Positions 24,169 through 24,249 of a DNA stretch of 24,249 bases are shown here, one piece after another. Position 1 is the first letter of the stretch, and every line of letters starts with the position of its first letter. Source of the stretch: Candidatus Eiseniibacteriota bacterium (GTDB lineage: Bacteria; Eisenbacteria; RBG-16-71-46); NCBI GenBank assembly GCA_031370785.1, contig JANMQY010000054.1:1-24249 (forward strand), in the 5' to 3' direction. The notes below the pieces were generated by a model that was given only the letters and a program-made list of their open reading frames with translations, did no database searches and was not told the origin of the DNA. The translations under genes were made by a program, and so were the position numbers.

Positions 24169-24249
24169 TCAGTTGCCTCGCAGGAGCACGACACGTTGGA
24201 GCTGGGTGCGCCCGTCGGTGACGCAGCGGACGAAGTAGATGCCGTCGCG
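24169..24249 (-). CDS. 3' end of a protein entering from outside the window; FlgD-Ig/T9SS-CTD-like C-terminus
   Basis: Translates RDGIYFVRCVTDGRTQLQRVVLLRGN*, matching the G-x-Y-x-x-R tail of three other proteins in the window. Confidence 0.8.
   Translation of the reverse strand, partial: RDGIYFVRCVTDGRTQLQRVVLLRGN

Noticed and set aside
1..24249. CRISPR array, tRNA/rRNA, transposase, integrase, prophage or defence genes
   Set aside because: No regularly spaced repeats, cloverleafs or matching protein motifs were seen.

Overview
This is a GC-rich bacterial window with about 19 complete genes and two partial genes at the edges. Four proteins carry a FlgD-Ig/T9SS-CTD-like C-terminal tail, which suggests a GC-rich FCB-related lineage such as Ca. 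Eisenbacteria (inference only). On the minus strand, a cobalamin riboswitch controls a BtuB-like TonB-dependent receptor and a secreted BtuG/YncE-like beta-propeller with a CTD tail. Next come udgB, a secreted glycoside-hydrolase-like CTD protein, a KimA-like K+ transporter and fabI. A translationally coupled three-gene thiol-redox operon follows: a CTD-tailed redoxin, a TlpA, and an outer-membrane beta-barrel whose only downstream Cys pair is a C-terminal CTAGTC. Further on are a ~183-nt 6S-RNA-like structured intergenic element, a hypothetical secreted protein with an ECF-type promoter, a renalase-like gene leading modABC, a UMF1 MFS transporter, an aldo/keto reductase with a Lys-rich tail, a YdeP/FdhF molybdoenzyme coupled to an unknown membrane-anchored protein, an F420/NADP oxidoreductase-family gene and a REP/MITE-like 23-bp inverted repeat. 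The best candidates for an undescribed system are the putative trans-outer-membrane disulfide relay (9231-12330) and the CTD-exported B12-capture protein (139-3896). All family calls come from motif recognition by eye, with no database searches.
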